Positions 9,202-19,473 of a DNA stretch of 64,000 bases are shown piece after piece; the first letter of the stretch is position 1; the number at the start of each line of letters is the position of its first letter. A model generated the notes under the pieces. That model was not told where the DNA came from. It saw only the letters and a list, made by a program, of their open reading frames with translations, and searched no databases. The translations under genes were made by a program, and so were the position numbers. This stretch comes from Pseudomonadota bacterium (GTDB taxonomy: Bacteria > Pseudomonadota > Alphaproteobacteria > Rhizobiales > Xanthobacteraceae): contig JBMOOQ010000008.1 of the NCBI GenBank assembly GCA_049324435.1, positions 20,072 to 84,071 on the forward strand. Reading direction: 5' to 3'.

Positions 9202-10077
9202 ATGCAGCCGCGCGAACGCGTCGCGTTTTCACCGATCGAAACCCGCCCGAAGCTAACCTTCCCGGACGGCGTGCGGATGGTGATCTGGCCGGTGCTGGCG
9301 CTTGAGGATTGGGACATCTCGCGGGCGATGGCACGCATGGTGATCGTGCCGCCGCAATTGCAGCCGCTTCTGCCCGACCACCCGAACTGGAGCTGGCACG
9401 AATACGGCATGCGGGTCGGTTTCTGGCGCCTGAAGAAGATGCTGGAGCGCGTCGGCGCGACGCCCACCGTGACGCTGAACGCCAAGGTCTGCGAAAGCTA
9501 TCCACAGGTGGTCGAAGCATGCCTCAAGGCCGGCTGGGAGCTGAATGCGCATGGCTACGAGCAGATTCCGATGCACAAGCTGGACGATCAGCGCGCGACC
9601 ATCGCGAAAGCGATGGACGTTATCGAGAAATTCGCGGGCTACCGGCCGCGCGGCTGGTTCGGTCCCGGCCTGACCCAGACCTTCGACACGCTAGACTATC
9701 TGAGCGAGGCGGGCATCGAATATATCGGCGACTGGGTGCTGGACGACGAGCCGGTCACGCTGAAGACCACGCACAAGCCGGTGGTTGCTTTGCCGTATAA
9801 CTTCGAGATCCACGATATCGTGCTGTGGACCGCGCAATATCATCCGTCATCGATGTTTTACGATCGGGCGATGGATCAGTTCGACATCCTGTACGAAGAA
9901 GCCGCGGAGCGGCCGAAGATCATGGCGATGGCCTGCCATCCCTATCTGTCCGGCGTTCCGCACCGGATCGGCCATATCGAGCGCGCATTCTCCGAGATCC
10001 TATCCAGGCGCGGCGTCGTGTCCTGGACCGGTGCACAGATTCTCGACTGGTATCTCGCCCAGCAGAAAGGATTGTAA
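9202..10077 (+). CDS. Polysaccharide deacetylase family protein (PuuE-like)
   Basis: 291 aa; HGYEQIPMHKLDD and other NodB/PuuE-like motifs. Confidence 0.7.
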   Translation: MQPRERVAFSPIETRPKLTFPDGVRMVIWPVLALEDWDISRAMARMVIVPPQLQPLLPDHPNWSWHEYGMRVGFWRLKKMLERVGATPTVTLNAKVCESYPQVVEACLKAGWELNAHGYEQIPMHKLDDQRATIAKAMDVIEKFAGYRPRGWFGPGLTQTFDTLDYLSEAGIEYIGDWVLDDEPVTLKTTHKPVVALPYNFEIHDIVLWTAQYHPSSMFYDRAMDQFDILYEEAAERPKIMAMACHPYLSGVPHRIGHIERAFSEILSRRGVVSWTGAQILDWYLAQQKGL

Positions 10078-11270
10078 TGCCCGCCCGCATCCGCTCGGCC
10101 TTTGTACCGCATGACCTGAAAGCACCGGTTATGGGCGCTGCCACAGGACCGCTCGCAGGCTTCTCGGTCGCCATCAAGGACATGTTCGACATCGCGGGCG
10201 AGCGCACCGGCGGCGGCAATCCCGATTGGCTCGCGGCGCAACAGCCTGCGACGAAAAGCGCCGCCGTCGTGCAGAAGCTCCTCGATGCCGGCGCCACGAT
10301 CACCGGCAAGACCGTGTGCGACGAGTTCTTCTACTCGATTGCCGGCGTCAACGCTCATTACGGCACGCCGGTCAATCCGCGCGCGCCGGGGCGCCTGCCC
10401 GGCGGCTCATCGAGCGGCTCGGCCTCGGCCGCGGCGTCCGGCGCCTGCGACATTGCGATTGGCAGCGACACCAGCGGATCGGTGCGCATTCCAGCGTCGT
10501 TCTGCGGACTGTATGGCATCCGCACCACCCATGGCCGCGTCGATCTCGCCGGCGCGATGGGCATGGCGGAGTCCTTTGATGCGGCCGGATGGTTCTCGAA
10601 CGCGCCCGGCGTATTCCGCAAAGTCGGTCCCGTGCTCCTTGGCGGCACATCGACCGCGGCCGAGATCGCAAAGCTTGTCGTGCTCGACGATGCCCTCGCA
10701 GAGACCGATCCGGAGGTCGCCGACCTGATGAAGGACGCGCTGGCCGCAATGGCCACCGACCTCCCGACGCCAACGCATCAGCGCATCGCACCGGACAGCC
10801 TCGATGTCTGGCGCGAAGCCTTCCGGATCATCCAGTCGCGCGAAATATGGTCGGTCTACGGCGACTTCGTTACCCGCGTGAAGCCGCAATTCGGCCCGGG
10901 CGTCGCCGAACGCTTCGCCGCGGCTGCGACCGTGACCGAGGAGATGGCGGCGCAGGCGCGGGTGATGCAGGAGCGCGCCCGCGACCGCATCCGCGGCGTC
11001 GCGCAGCCGGGGACCTTGCTGGTGCTGCCGACATCGCCTGCGGTTGCGCCGCTCGCCGACGCACCCAACGAGGTGCACGAATCCTTCCGCTTGCGCGCGA
11101 TGCGCATGACCTGCATCGCGGGGCTGTCCGGTCTGCCGCAAGTGTCGATCCCAATCGGCACGATCGGCGGATGCCCGGTTGGCCTGTCCTTCATCGGCTG
11201 GGCTGGCGGCGATGAAGCCCTGCTCGACCTTGCATTGCGGCTCTCGCGCTATTGCGGCATGACGGCGTAG
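10077..11270 (+). CDS. Amidase (amidase-signature family)
   Basis: AS signature GGSSSGSASAAASGACDIAIGSDTSGSVRIPASFCGLYGIRTT; ATG 10077 overlaps upstream TAA (TAATG); the in-frame upstream extension 9825..10076 is rejected. Confidence 0.85.
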   Translation: MPARIRSAFVPHDLKAPVMGAATGPLAGFSVAIKDMFDIAGERTGGGNPDWLAAQQPATKSAAVVQKLLDAGATITGKTVCDEFFYSIAGVNAHYGTPVNPRAPGRLPGGSSSGSASAAASGACDIAIGSDTSGSVRIPASFCGLYGIRTTHGRVDLAGAMGMAESFDAAGWFSNAPGVFRKVGPVLLGGTSTAAEIAKLVVLDDALAETDPEVADLMKDALAAMATDLPTPTHQRIAPDSLDVWREAFRIIQSREIWSVYGDFVTRVKPQFGPGVAERFAAAATVTEEMAAQARVMQERARDRIRGVAQPGTLLVLPTSPAVAPLADAPNEVHESFRLRAMRMTCIAGLSGLPQVSIPIGTIGGCPVGLSFIGWAGGDEALLDLALRLSRYCGMTA

Positions 11271-11347
11271 CAGCGCCGTAGCGCGTCCACGGGAACCGGA
11301 CGCCCGACTTTGCGTTCTGGACAGGTTGCACGGGACTAGAGGCAATC

Positions 11348-11560
11348 ATGTTCAAGTGGGCTGTCATTTTCCTGATCATTTCGCTGATCGCGGGCGGCAT
11401 CGGGCTGACCGGCATATCGACATTCGCCAAGCGCGTCGCGATGGTGCTGTTCGCGCTGTTCTTCCTCGGATTCCTGGCGCTGCTCGGATTTGCCTTCCTT
11501 CTCGGTAGCGCGTTTGAGGCTGGCCGCACTGTGCAGCTTATGCTGATCCTGCTCGCGTAG
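11348..11560 (+). CDS. DUF1328/UPF0391-family small membrane protein
   Basis: 70 aa, MFKWAVIFLIISLIAGGIGLTGIS pattern typical of UPF0391. Confidence 0.6.
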   Translation: MFKWAVIFLIISLIAGGIGLTGISTFAKRVAMVLFALFFLGFLALLGFAFLLGSAFEAGRTVQLMLILLA

Positions 11561-11748
11561 TGGAGAATCGATTTACCGCTTCGCGATCAATGCGACAGGC
11601 GCCCTCCGTGAGGGTCCCGATGCTCAGCCCATACGATCTACAAACAGATGCTTGACTGTGGCATCGGCCAAATTCGCCGAACAGCTCACGCAATCGTTGC
11701 TTGCGCTGCGCGGTAAAACTTTGAAGGCAAGAGCGCAGAGCAGGTTGC

Positions 11749-12912
11749 CTATTCAGCCAATTCGCGCATCACCTTGATGAGATCGGATTTCCCCTCAAAA
11801 CCGATACCGGGCAGTTCGGGCATAATGATATGTCCGTCCTCCACGCGCACGCTGTCCGGGAATCCTCCGTAAGGCTGAAACAGATCTGGATAGCTCTCGT
11901 TGCCGCCAAGACCGAGCCCAGCTGCAATGTTGAGCGACATCTGGTGACCGCCATGAGGCATGCACCGCGACGGCGACCAGCCGAATTGATGCAGCACATC
12001 GAGCGTCCGCAGATATTCGACGAGTCCGTAGGACAATGCGCAGTCGAATTGCAGCCAGTCCCGGTCCGGACGCATGCCCCCGTAGCGAAGGAGATTGCGG
12101 GCATCCTGGTGCGAGAACAGGTTCTCTCCGGTCGCCATCGGGCCCGGATAAAATTCCGACAACGCCGCCTGCATGGCATAGTCCAGCGGATCGCCGGCCT
12201 CTTCGTACCAGAACAGCGGATACTGGCGCAGCATCTTGGCGTAGGCGATGCCGGCTTCGAGATCGAGCCTTCCGTTTGCATCAACCGCAAGGCTCGCCTG
12301 AGAGCCGATTTCGGTCAGAACCGCTTCGATTCGGCGACGGTCTTCGTCGATCGGCGCGCCGCCGATCTTCATCTTCACGACATTGTAGCCGCGATCGAGA
12401 TAGCCGCGCATTTCCGCGCGCAAGGCGCTGTCGTTCTTGCCGGGATAGTAGTAGCCGCCCGCGGCGTAAACGAACACCCGTGGATTCGGCTCGCGGCCCT
12501 TCTGTTCGGCGAGCATCCGGAACAGCGGCTTGCCGGCGATCTTGGCGGTGGCGTCCCAGACCGCCATGTCGAGCGTTCCTACCGCCACCGAGCGTTCGCC
12601 GTGCCCGCCCGGCTTCTCGTTCGTCATCATCGCGGCCCAAATCCTGTGCGGATCGAGGTTGTCGCCGGCGTCGTTCAGCAAGTGTCGGGGGTCGGCCGCC
12701 AGAATCCGATCGCGAAACCGCTCGCGGATCAGGCCGCCCTGGCCGTAGCGGCCATTCGAGTTAAAGCCGTAACCCACCACGCGGCGGCCGTCGCGCACGA
12801 CGTCAGTGACGACCGCAACGAGGCTCGCGGTCATTTTAGAGAAATCGATATAGGCATTGCGGATCGGAGACGAGATCGGCTTGGTGACTTCGCAAATATC
12901 TACGATGCGCAT
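11749..12912 (-). CDS. Enolase-superfamily enzyme (mandelate racemase/muconate lactonizing enzyme-like dehydratase)
   Basis: Start at ATG 12912 (MRIVDICEV, RBS GGGAG); MR/MLE motifs KMKIGG, AVDANG, metal-ligand region. Confidence 0.8.
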   Translation of the reverse strand: MRIVDICEVTKPISSPIRNAYIDFSKMTASLVAVVTDVVRDGRRVVGYGFNSNGRYGQGGLIRERFRDRILAADPRHLLNDAGDNLDPHRIWAAMMTNEKPGGHGERSVAVGTLDMAVWDATAKIAGKPLFRMLAEQKGREPNPRVFVYAAGGYYYPGKNDSALRAEMRGYLDRGYNVVKMKIGGAPIDEDRRRIEAVLTEIGSQASLAVDANGRLDLEAGIAYAKMLRQYPLFWYEEAGDPLDYAMQAALSEFYPGPMATGENLFSHQDARNLLRYGGMRPDRDWLQFDCALSYGLVEYLRTLDVLHQFGWSPSRCMPHGGHQMSLNIAAGLGLGGNESYPDLFQPYGGFPDSVRVEDGHIIMPELPGIGFEGKSDLIKVMRELAE

Positions 12913-13045
12913 GGCATACTCCCTGCAAGCGGCGGCCCGCAAACTCGCAGTCGCCTTCCTCGCTCCGTTACGCGACAATTACCTCTGGACCCTGCGATTT
13001 GGCCAATGCGATGATCGGTTCGCGTTATGCGCAAACAGCATTGGC

Positions 13046-13945
13046 ATGGATCTGGACTGGCTGAAGGACTTCCTCGCGCTGGCGGAGCAGAAGAATTTCT
13101 CGCGTGCGGCGGATATGCGGAACGTGTCGCAGCCGGCCTTCAGCCGGCGCATCCGCGCGCTCGAGGATTGGGTCGGCACGCCGCTATTCGTGCGCGGTGC
13201 GCAGGGCGCGCAGCTGACACCGGCCGGCGACAATCTGAGGCCGCAGGCCATCGATCTGATCGGACATCTGGAACGCGCGCGGCGCAGCGCGCTCGCCGCC
13301 GGCGGGCGCAAGGAATTGAGCGTCTCGATCGCAGCCACACACGCCTTGTCGTTCACGTTCTTCCCAGGCTGGGTGCGTCATCATCTGCGCCTTGACGCCA
13401 TCGGAATGCTCAACCTCGTGTCCGACAATATGGATGCGTGCGAGGAGATTATGGTCGCGGGAGAGGTTCATTTCCTATTGTGCCATTTTCACCGGAACGC
13501 CCCCACCCGGCTCGATGCCAGTCTGTTCCCGAGCATTGCGGTTGGTGACGACCAGCTGACCCCAGTGTGCGCGCCGGACCAAGACGGTCGACCGCTTTGG
13601 CCGCTGCCAGGGACATCGGATCGGCCGGCACGATGCCTCACCTACAGCCAGGCCTCCGGCCTCGGCCGCATCCTGTCGGCCCATCCCGCCGTTGAGAGCG
13701 CAATCAGCACGATGGAACCGAGCTTTACCTCCCACCACGCTGCGGCATTGCTGACTATGGCCGTGGAAGGTCACGGTGTGGCCTGGCTTCCTCGGACTCT
13801 GATAGAAGGCGATCTGGAACGCGGCCGCCTCGTTCGGGCGGGACCCGAGCGGTTCGATATCCCGATCGAAATTCGCCTGTTCCGGTCGCTGCATTGCCGG
13901 AACAGCGCCGCAGACGCCTTGTGGAACCGATTGGAGAATTCTTGA
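13046..13945 (+). CDS. LysR-family transcriptional regulator, divergent from the enolase-superfamily gene
   Basis: N-terminal wHTH MDLDWLKDFLALAEQKNFSRAADMRNVSQPAFSRRIRALE; start chosen at ATG 13046. Confidence 0.8.
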   Translation: MDLDWLKDFLALAEQKNFSRAADMRNVSQPAFSRRIRALEDWVGTPLFVRGAQGAQLTPAGDNLRPQAIDLIGHLERARRSALAAGGRKELSVSIAATHALSFTFFPGWVRHHLRLDAIGMLNLVSDNMDACEEIMVAGEVHFLLCHFHRNAPTRLDASLFPSIAVGDDQLTPVCAPDQDGRPLWPLPGTSDRPARCLTYSQASGLGRILSAHPAVESAISTMEPSFTSHHAAALLTMAVEGHGVAWLPRTLIEGDLERGRLVRAGPERFDIPIEIRLFRSLHCRNSAADALWNRLENS

Positions 13946-15144
13946 ATATCGCGCGCGCCGTACGATTGCCTCGTCTGCTTATCGTTGGCTTCCTCCTGTT
14001 GCCCACGCCGGCTCTGGCGGACGCGAAGGAGACGATTAGGGCGATGGCGCCGCGTGCGCTCGTGCTGGTCACCGATGCAAACGGCAACGAATTGGTCGCG
14101 CAGAACGCCGACGAACCCTTCGTCCCGGCCTCGGTCGCCAAAATCGTCACAGCATGGCTGGCGATGCAGGTGCTCGGCGGCGACTACCGATTCGAGACCC
14201 GCTTCTATCTCGACGACCGACGAGTGCTTTATGTCCGCGGCGGCGGCGATCCATTCCTGATCTCGGAGGAAGTCGCTGAACTTGCCAAAATGCTGGTCGC
14301 GGCCATCGGACCGAAGCCAATCGCCGGCATCGTGCTCGATGCAAGCTATTATCCTGCCGACCTCCGCGTCCCCGGCATCGAGGACACCAACGAATCCTAC
14401 GATGCGCTGAATTCTGCGCTGGCAGTGAATTTCAACACCATCAACGCCGTGCGCAAAGGCAACAGCGTCCGCTCCGCGGAGAAGCAGACGCCAATCACGC
14501 CGCTCGCCATCAGCGAGTTCAAGGCGCGCGGCCCGAACGGGCGCGGGCGCATCAGCCTGAGCCAGGACCCCAAGGTGAGCCTGCTTTATGCCGGCGAACT
14601 GATCGCAGCCTTCATCGACAGGGCCGGCGGCAGCGTGAAGGGCGATATTTCGATCGGGGCTGTCCCCGCGGGCTTGAAGCCGGTCTATGTCCACCGGCAA
14701 TCGCGGCCGCTCTCGGCAATCCTCGCCGATCTGCTGAAGGCCTCGAACAATTACATCGCTAACCAGGTTTTTCTGGAGATCGGCGCGAGGCGCCTGGGCG
14801 CGCCGGTCGGTCTGGAAAAGTCGCTGCACGTGCTGAACGAAGCGCTTGCCGCGCATAATCTTGCGTCGGATATCCGGCTTAAGGAGGGCTCCGGCATCAG
14901 CCGCGACAACCAGTTCACGGCACGCGGCCTCACGCGGCTGCTTGCGCTCTTTGCGCCGCACGCCGCCTTGCTGCGCGGCCCGGACGGCAGTCTGACCAAG
15001 TCCGGCACTCTCGACGGCGTGCGCACGCTCGCGGGCTATGTTGACACCAAGGCGCACGGGCGCGTCCGCGTCGTGATCGCGCTGAAAAGCAATGACGGCG
15101 CGATGCGCTACCGGTTGCTCAAGGCGATCGCAGCGGGGCTGTAG
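13942..15144 (+). CDS. D-alanyl-D-alanine carboxypeptidase/endopeptidase (PBP4, DacB family)
   Basis: SxxK motif (PASVAK), signal peptide; start uncertain: TTG 13942 (RBS GGAGA, TTGA overlap with LysR stop) or ATG 13894. Confidence 0.75.
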   Translation: MNIARAVRLPRLLIVGFLLLPTPALADAKETIRAMAPRALVLVTDANGNELVAQNADEPFVPASVAKIVTAWLAMQVLGGDYRFETRFYLDDRRVLYVRGGGDPFLISEEVAELAKMLVAAIGPKPIAGIVLDASYYPADLRVPGIEDTNESYDALNSALAVNFNTINAVRKGNSVRSAEKQTPITPLAISEFKARGPNGRGRISLSQDPKVSLLYAGELIAAFIDRAGGSVKGDISIGAVPAGLKPVYVHRQSRPLSAILADLLKASNNYIANQVFLEIGARRLGAPVGLEKSLHVLNEALAAHNLASDIRLKEGSGISRDNQFTARGLTRLLALFAPHAALLRGPDGSLTKSGTLDGVRTLAGYVDTKAHGRVRVVIALKSNDGAMRYRLLKAIAAGL

Positions 15145-15192
15145 ACCAAATGCCGGCGCTGCGGTGACGCCATGCGATTGAACGGAGAACCG

Positions 15193-15378
15193 ATGAAGCC
15201 ACTTTTGATTATCGCCGGAGTCGTTTTGCTTGGCCTCGGATTTCTGTTTGCAGGCCAAGGGTCGGGGTTCATTCCCTGGCCTGCGCATAGCTTCATGATC
15301 CGCCAGACCGAATGGGTCTACTATGGCGGAGCAATCGCGTTGGCTGGACTGGCGCTGGTCATCTTCGCACGGCGATGA
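15193..15378 (+). CDS. Small two-helix membrane protein, unknown function
   Basis: RBS GGAGAA-4nt-ATG; hydrophobic MKPLLIIAGVVLLGLGFLFAG ... GGAIALAGLALVIFA. Confidence 0.3.
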   Translation: MKPLLIIAGVVLLGLGFLFAGQGSGFIPWPAHSFMIRQTEWVYYGGAIALAGLALVIFARR

Positions 15379-15560
15379 ACTATCGGTTCAGTCCGAGCGC
15401 GGCGCGGTTCACATTGCGCACGCCGTCGAGGCGATGCGGCACAGCGGCCGCGTTGCACTATCGCGGAAGCTATGCTGGGCGCCGGGCGCCAGCCTCTTCA
15501 ATGCGGCGGCTTACGCGAAGCTGCTCGAACCGGTGCAACCGCGGCGCTGGCGCGAACACA

Positions 15561-16415
15561 TCAGAATCCATCCGGCAGCCCTGACCAGGCATCTGCTTCG
15601 GTCATCGGCCGCGGCAGCATGCTCTGTGCGGAGATATACTTGAGCGCGAGCGCGACACTCGGCTCGATTGCGCGCCGGCCAAGCGGGAGATTTGCGCCGG
15701 AAGGAGTATCCTTCCAGGCTGACTTCACCGCTTCCCAAAACGCCATCAGCGCGTCTCGCTGGTGATCGACTACCGTCTGCTTAGCGACGATGATGTGATT
15801 CACTGGCACGAAGCCGTGTTTGCGCACGAATTCGCGGCCCGCCGCTTCCGCATCGGGATAGACATCGGCAAGATCGGGATCGCCCGGCTTATCGTTGCCG
15901 ACGATGACCGCATCGAGCTCGCCTGACCGCAACATCTCGATCAGCACGCTGCCCGGCTTTGCCCGCGTGGCGAAGGGCGGATCGGAATATTCCGCGACAT
16001 GCGGATCCTCGAAACTGGTCCAGTGAATCTGTTCCGGCGCAATGCCGAAATTTTCCGACAAAATTCCACGCACCCAGGCTCCCGTGGTCTGGCTATAGGC
16101 ACGAACGCCAACCCGCTTGCCCTTCAGATCCGCAGGGCCCTTGATGGCGTCGTTCTTCGCCAGCTTGATCAGGCTGATTTCCTGCGCGCGTGCAGCGACC
16201 GCAGCCGGAATCAGCACCAGCGGCTTGCCAAAGGCCTTGGCCTGCAGAAAAGTGACCAGCGCCATTTCCGAGATGTCGTAGCTGCCCTGACGCACCATCT
16301 GCGCGAACGCTTTGGTAATCGGCGAGACCTCGACGAAAGTGAAATCTGGCAAGGTCGCCAGCCGTTCTTTCAGCAGGCGCGTATGCGGATAGTTTCCAAT
16401 CGCCACACTCAACAC
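15561..16415 (-). CDS. NMT1/THI5-like periplasmic-binding-fold protein without signal peptide
   Basis: 284 aa; resemblance to SsuA/THI5/4,5-dihydroxyphthalate decarboxylase-type fold from sequence pattern only. Confidence 0.4.
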   Translation of the reverse strand: MLSVAIGNYPHTRLLKERLATLPDFTFVEVSPITKAFAQMVRQGSYDISEMALVTFLQAKAFGKPLVLIPAAVAARAQEISLIKLAKNDAIKGPADLKGKRVGVRAYSQTTGAWVRGILSENFGIAPEQIHWTSFEDPHVAEYSDPPFATRAKPGSVLIEMLRSGELDAVIVGNDKPGDPDLADVYPDAEAAGREFVRKHGFVPVNHIIVAKQTVVDHQRDALMAFWEAVKSAWKDTPSGANLPLGRRAIEPSVALALKYISAQSMLPRPMTEADAWSGLPDGF

Positions 16416-16462
16416 AAACGCTCTCCCAGACCCATATCAGCCTGACGCATCATTCAAAAACC

Positions 16463-17920
16463 TCAGAACATCGGCGGGAACGGCCTGCCGCCGCGGTCCA
16501 GCGTGATCCAGCGCGTCTCGGTGAAGGTTTCGAGCGACCAACGGCCGCCATGCTTGCCGACGCCCGACGCCTTGAACCCGCCGAAGGGCACGTGGGGCTC
16601 GTCATTCACCGATGAGCAGTTGATGTGGCAATTGCCGGTGTCGAGCTTGTTGACGATAGCGAGCCCCCTGCCCTCATCGCGAGTCATCACGCCGGCCGAC
16701 AGGCCGTATTCGGTATCGTTGGCGATCTGGATGGCCTCCTCGTCGGTGCGGAACGGGATCACCGGTACAACAGGACCGAATGTCTCGTCCTGATAAAGCT
16801 TCATGTCTGGGGTAACGCCTGTGAGAATGGTCGGCTCCACAAAACGGCCCTCGATCTTGCCGCCGAGTACCACCTTGGCACCCTTTGCGATCGCGTCCTC
16901 AAGCTGCTCGCGCACCTTGGCGACCTGCTTGTCATTGATGAGCGGACCGATGATGTGCTCTTTGCTCTTGGTCGGATCGCCAACCTTGAGAAGCTTGGCA
17001 CGCTCGACAAAGCGCTTGAGGAAATGGTCGAAAATCTTCTCGTGCACCAGCACCTTCTCGACCGACATGCAGATCTGTCCCTGATGCATGAACGAGCCGA
17101 AATTTGCGGCCTGCGTGGCGCGTTCCATGTCGGCGTCCTCGCACACGATCAGCGAGTCCTTGCCGCCGAGTTCGACACAACACTTCTTCAAGTGCGCACC
17201 GGCCTTAGCCGCGACCTGTCGTCCGACTGCGGTCGAACCGGTAAAAGAAATACCTTTTACGTAAGGATGCTCGATAAGTTCGTCGCCAACCTCCTGCACG
17301 TTGTCGCGCGAACAGGTCACGACATTGAATACGCCCTTAGGGAGACCTGCCTCCTCGAACACTTCGGCGAACAGAAGCCCGCCGCAATACGGCGTCTCTT
17401 CCGAGGGCTTGAGCACAATGGTGTTGCCAGCAGCGAGCGGAAAGGCAAAGCCGCGCGACGACAAAATGCATGGGAAATTCCACGGGCTGATGATCGACAC
17501 GACGCCCATCGGCCGGCGCACCGCCATGGAAATCTTGCCGTACTCCGACGGCAACACCTCGCCGGTCGATTGCCAGACAGAAGCGGCCGCCGCGCGAAAC
17601 ACCTCCGCCGTGTAGCCGGTCTCGAACATGCCCTTGCCGAACCAGCCGCCGCCTTCGGCTTGCAGCGCGTCGACGATCTCCATACGGCGCTTCTCGAAAA
17701 TCTCGGCGGCCTTTTCGAGATATTGCGCGCGCTTGGTGAAAGGCAGCGCCGACCATTCGGCAAATGCGGCATGTGCCGCCTCGATCGCGGCAGCGGTTTC
17801 AGCGCGACCGCAATCCGGCACTTCCGCCCAGACCGAACCATCGGCGGGATTGTAGTCCTTGAACATACGGCGACTGGACGAGCGTCCGCCGATAAACTGG
17901 CCTTCGAATACGCGTGCCAT
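16463..17920 (-). CDS. NAD(P)-dependent aldehyde dehydrogenase
   Basis: ALDH motifs FTGSTAVG, ELGGKD, catalytic Cys region GQICMS. Confidence 0.9.
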   Translation of the reverse strand: MARVFEGQFIGGRSSSRRMFKDYNPADGSVWAEVPDCGRAETAAAIEAAHAAFAEWSALPFTKRAQYLEKAAEIFEKRRMEIVDALQAEGGGWFGKGMFETGYTAEVFRAAAASVWQSTGEVLPSEYGKISMAVRRPMGVVSIISPWNFPCILSSRGFAFPLAAGNTIVLKPSEETPYCGGLLFAEVFEEAGLPKGVFNVVTCSRDNVQEVGDELIEHPYVKGISFTGSTAVGRQVAAKAGAHLKKCCVELGGKDSLIVCEDADMERATQAANFGSFMHQGQICMSVEKVLVHEKIFDHFLKRFVERAKLLKVGDPTKSKEHIIGPLINDKQVAKVREQLEDAIAKGAKVVLGGKIEGRFVEPTILTGVTPDMKLYQDETFGPVVPVIPFRTDEEAIQIANDTEYGLSAGVMTRDEGRGLAIVNKLDTGNCHINCSSVNDEPHVPFGGFKASGVGKHGGRWSLETFTETRWITLDRGGRPFPPMF

Positions 17921-17982
17921 GCCAAATCTCCCTGAAGCCTTTCGCTTGGGGCCGTTGAGCCCAATCCTACGCCTCGCCGCGA

Positions 17983-19473
17983 CTATTTGGTATCCGGTCC
18001 AAAATCGTCCGGCTTGACCTTGACCATGGTAAGACGCTTGCGCCGTGCCGCGACATGCTGCGCCTGAACTTGCGCCGCGCGCGCGACCAGCGCGTCGATA
18101 TTGATTGCCCCGCCCGGTTGCCGTGGCGCGACTTGCTGCGGCTCTTCCGCATCGATATCGACGCCCCGGCTATTGTGGCCGAGCAGCGGATCGGGCTCAA
18201 TCTTGCTCTGTCTGGACGTCGGCTTTTCAGCATTGAGTGCGAACGCACTCGGGACCGGTGCCGCGAGACGCCGCTGTCGGATATGGTCCGCCATCCGGAC
18301 CGAGGCAGCACGTGCAAGCCCCACAGGATCGAGCGCATCAGCTTCAATCAGCGCAGTTGCGGGATCGTAAACTCCGACGAAAGCGGACGGGTTCTCTCGG
18401 CGGGCCCGCAGCGCGCGGATATGCCGGGCATGGCGGAGCGATGCCGCCTTTGCAAGTTCGGCCGCATGGTCAGCGAGCCGCTTGCCGTCGGGCGCAATAC
18501 TCGCGCCGGGTGATCCCACACGCGACGTGGCACTGGCGATGTCCCGAGGAATGTCCCACGGATCGCCGGCCTTCCTCGGATCGTAACGCCCGGCAAACGC
18601 ACTCGGCAAAGGCGAGGCCTGACGCAGAGCCTGCACGAAGGCGGTCCGGATCGCACCTGCGCGCAGTGCCAGGGCGCCAACGAAGCGCCCGACCGACGCA
18701 AGATCGAGCGGCAGCGGAAATGGCGCCGGAAGACGGATCGTTGTCGCCTTGGCCTTGGCGCCCCGGGCGCCGCCAAGATAGGCATTCACCACCGCCGGGT
18801 CGGTCATCAGGCTTTGCGCCCTACCCTCACCGGTGATCCGGCCGACCTCGATGAGATAGCCGCGCTCGGCGATCTTCAGACTTTGCCGCGCATTCTGTTC
18901 GACCAGCAGAATACCGACCCCGGTCTGGGCAATCTTCGCCAGCGAACGGAACAGTTCCTTGGTTAGAACCGGCGACAAGCCTAGCGACGGCTCGTCAAGC
19001 ATCAGAATTTCCGGCTGCGACATCAATGCGCGGCCGATCGCAACCATTTGCTGCTCACCACCGGACATTGTACGCGCAATTTGCGACTTGCGTTCGGCGA
19101 GCCGCGGAAACAGCTTGTAGATCTGTTCGAGCGTCTCCTTCTCGCGCGCCCGCGCGCGATTAGGGAACGAGCCGAGTTCGAGATTTTCCGCGACCGTCAG
19201 TTCACCAAAAATGCCGCGGCCTTCGGGGACAAGCGCGACGCCTTCCTCGACAATCAGATGCGCCTTCATCCCGGTGATCGCCTTTCCATTCATGACGATT
19301 TCAGAGCCCGGCTCGACACGAACGGTGCCTGCGATTGCCTTCAGAAGACTGGACTTTCCAGCGCCATTAGCGCCCAGGATTACGCAGATCTCACCCTTGT
19401 CGACCTTTACGGAGACATGGTCGAGCGCCTGGTGACGGCCGTAACGGACACTGAGATTGCGGATCTCAAGCAT
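17983..19473 (-). CDS. LivF-like ABC transporter ATP-binding protein with ~260-aa repeat-containing C-terminal extension
   Basis: Walker A GANGAGKSS, signature LSGGEQQ, Walker B ILMLDEPS in first 235 aa, then a continuous in-frame tail with three PSAF-containing repeats. Confidence 0.8.
   Translation of the reverse strand: MLEIRNLSVRYGRHQALDHVSVKVDKGEICVILGANGAGKSSLLKAIAGTVRVEPGSEIVMNGKAITGMKAHLIVEEGVALVPEGRGIFGELTVAENLELGSFPNRARAREKETLEQIYKLFPRLAERKSQIARTMSGGEQQMVAIGRALMSQPEILMLDEPSLGLSPVLTKELFRSLAKIAQTGVGILLVEQNARQSLKIAERGYLIEVGRITGEGRAQSLMTDPAVVNAYLGGARGAKAKATTIRLPAPFPLPLDLASVGRFVGALALRAGAIRTAFVQALRQASPLPSAFAGRYDPRKAGDPWDIPRDIASATSRVGSPGASIAPDGKRLADHAAELAKAASLRHARHIRALRARRENPSAFVGVYDPATALIEADALDPVGLARAASVRMADHIRQRRLAAPVPSAFALNAEKPTSRQSKIEPDPLLGHNSRGVDIDAEEPQQVAPRQPGGAINIDALVARAAQVQAQHVAARRKRLTMVKVKPDDFGPDTK

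Noticed and set aside
9825-10076. In-frame 84-codon upstream extension of the amidase gene
   Set aside because: Would overlap the deacetylase gene by 250 bp; ATG at 10077 forms a TAATG stop-start overlap and gives a normal amidase N-terminus
18237-18836. 199-aa plus-strand ORF and similar ORFs antisense to the Liv operon, aldehyde dehydrogenases, hmuR, FdnG etc.
   Set aside because: Overlap motif-supported genes on the opposite strand; Arg/Pro/Ala-rich composition typical of antisense high-GC frames
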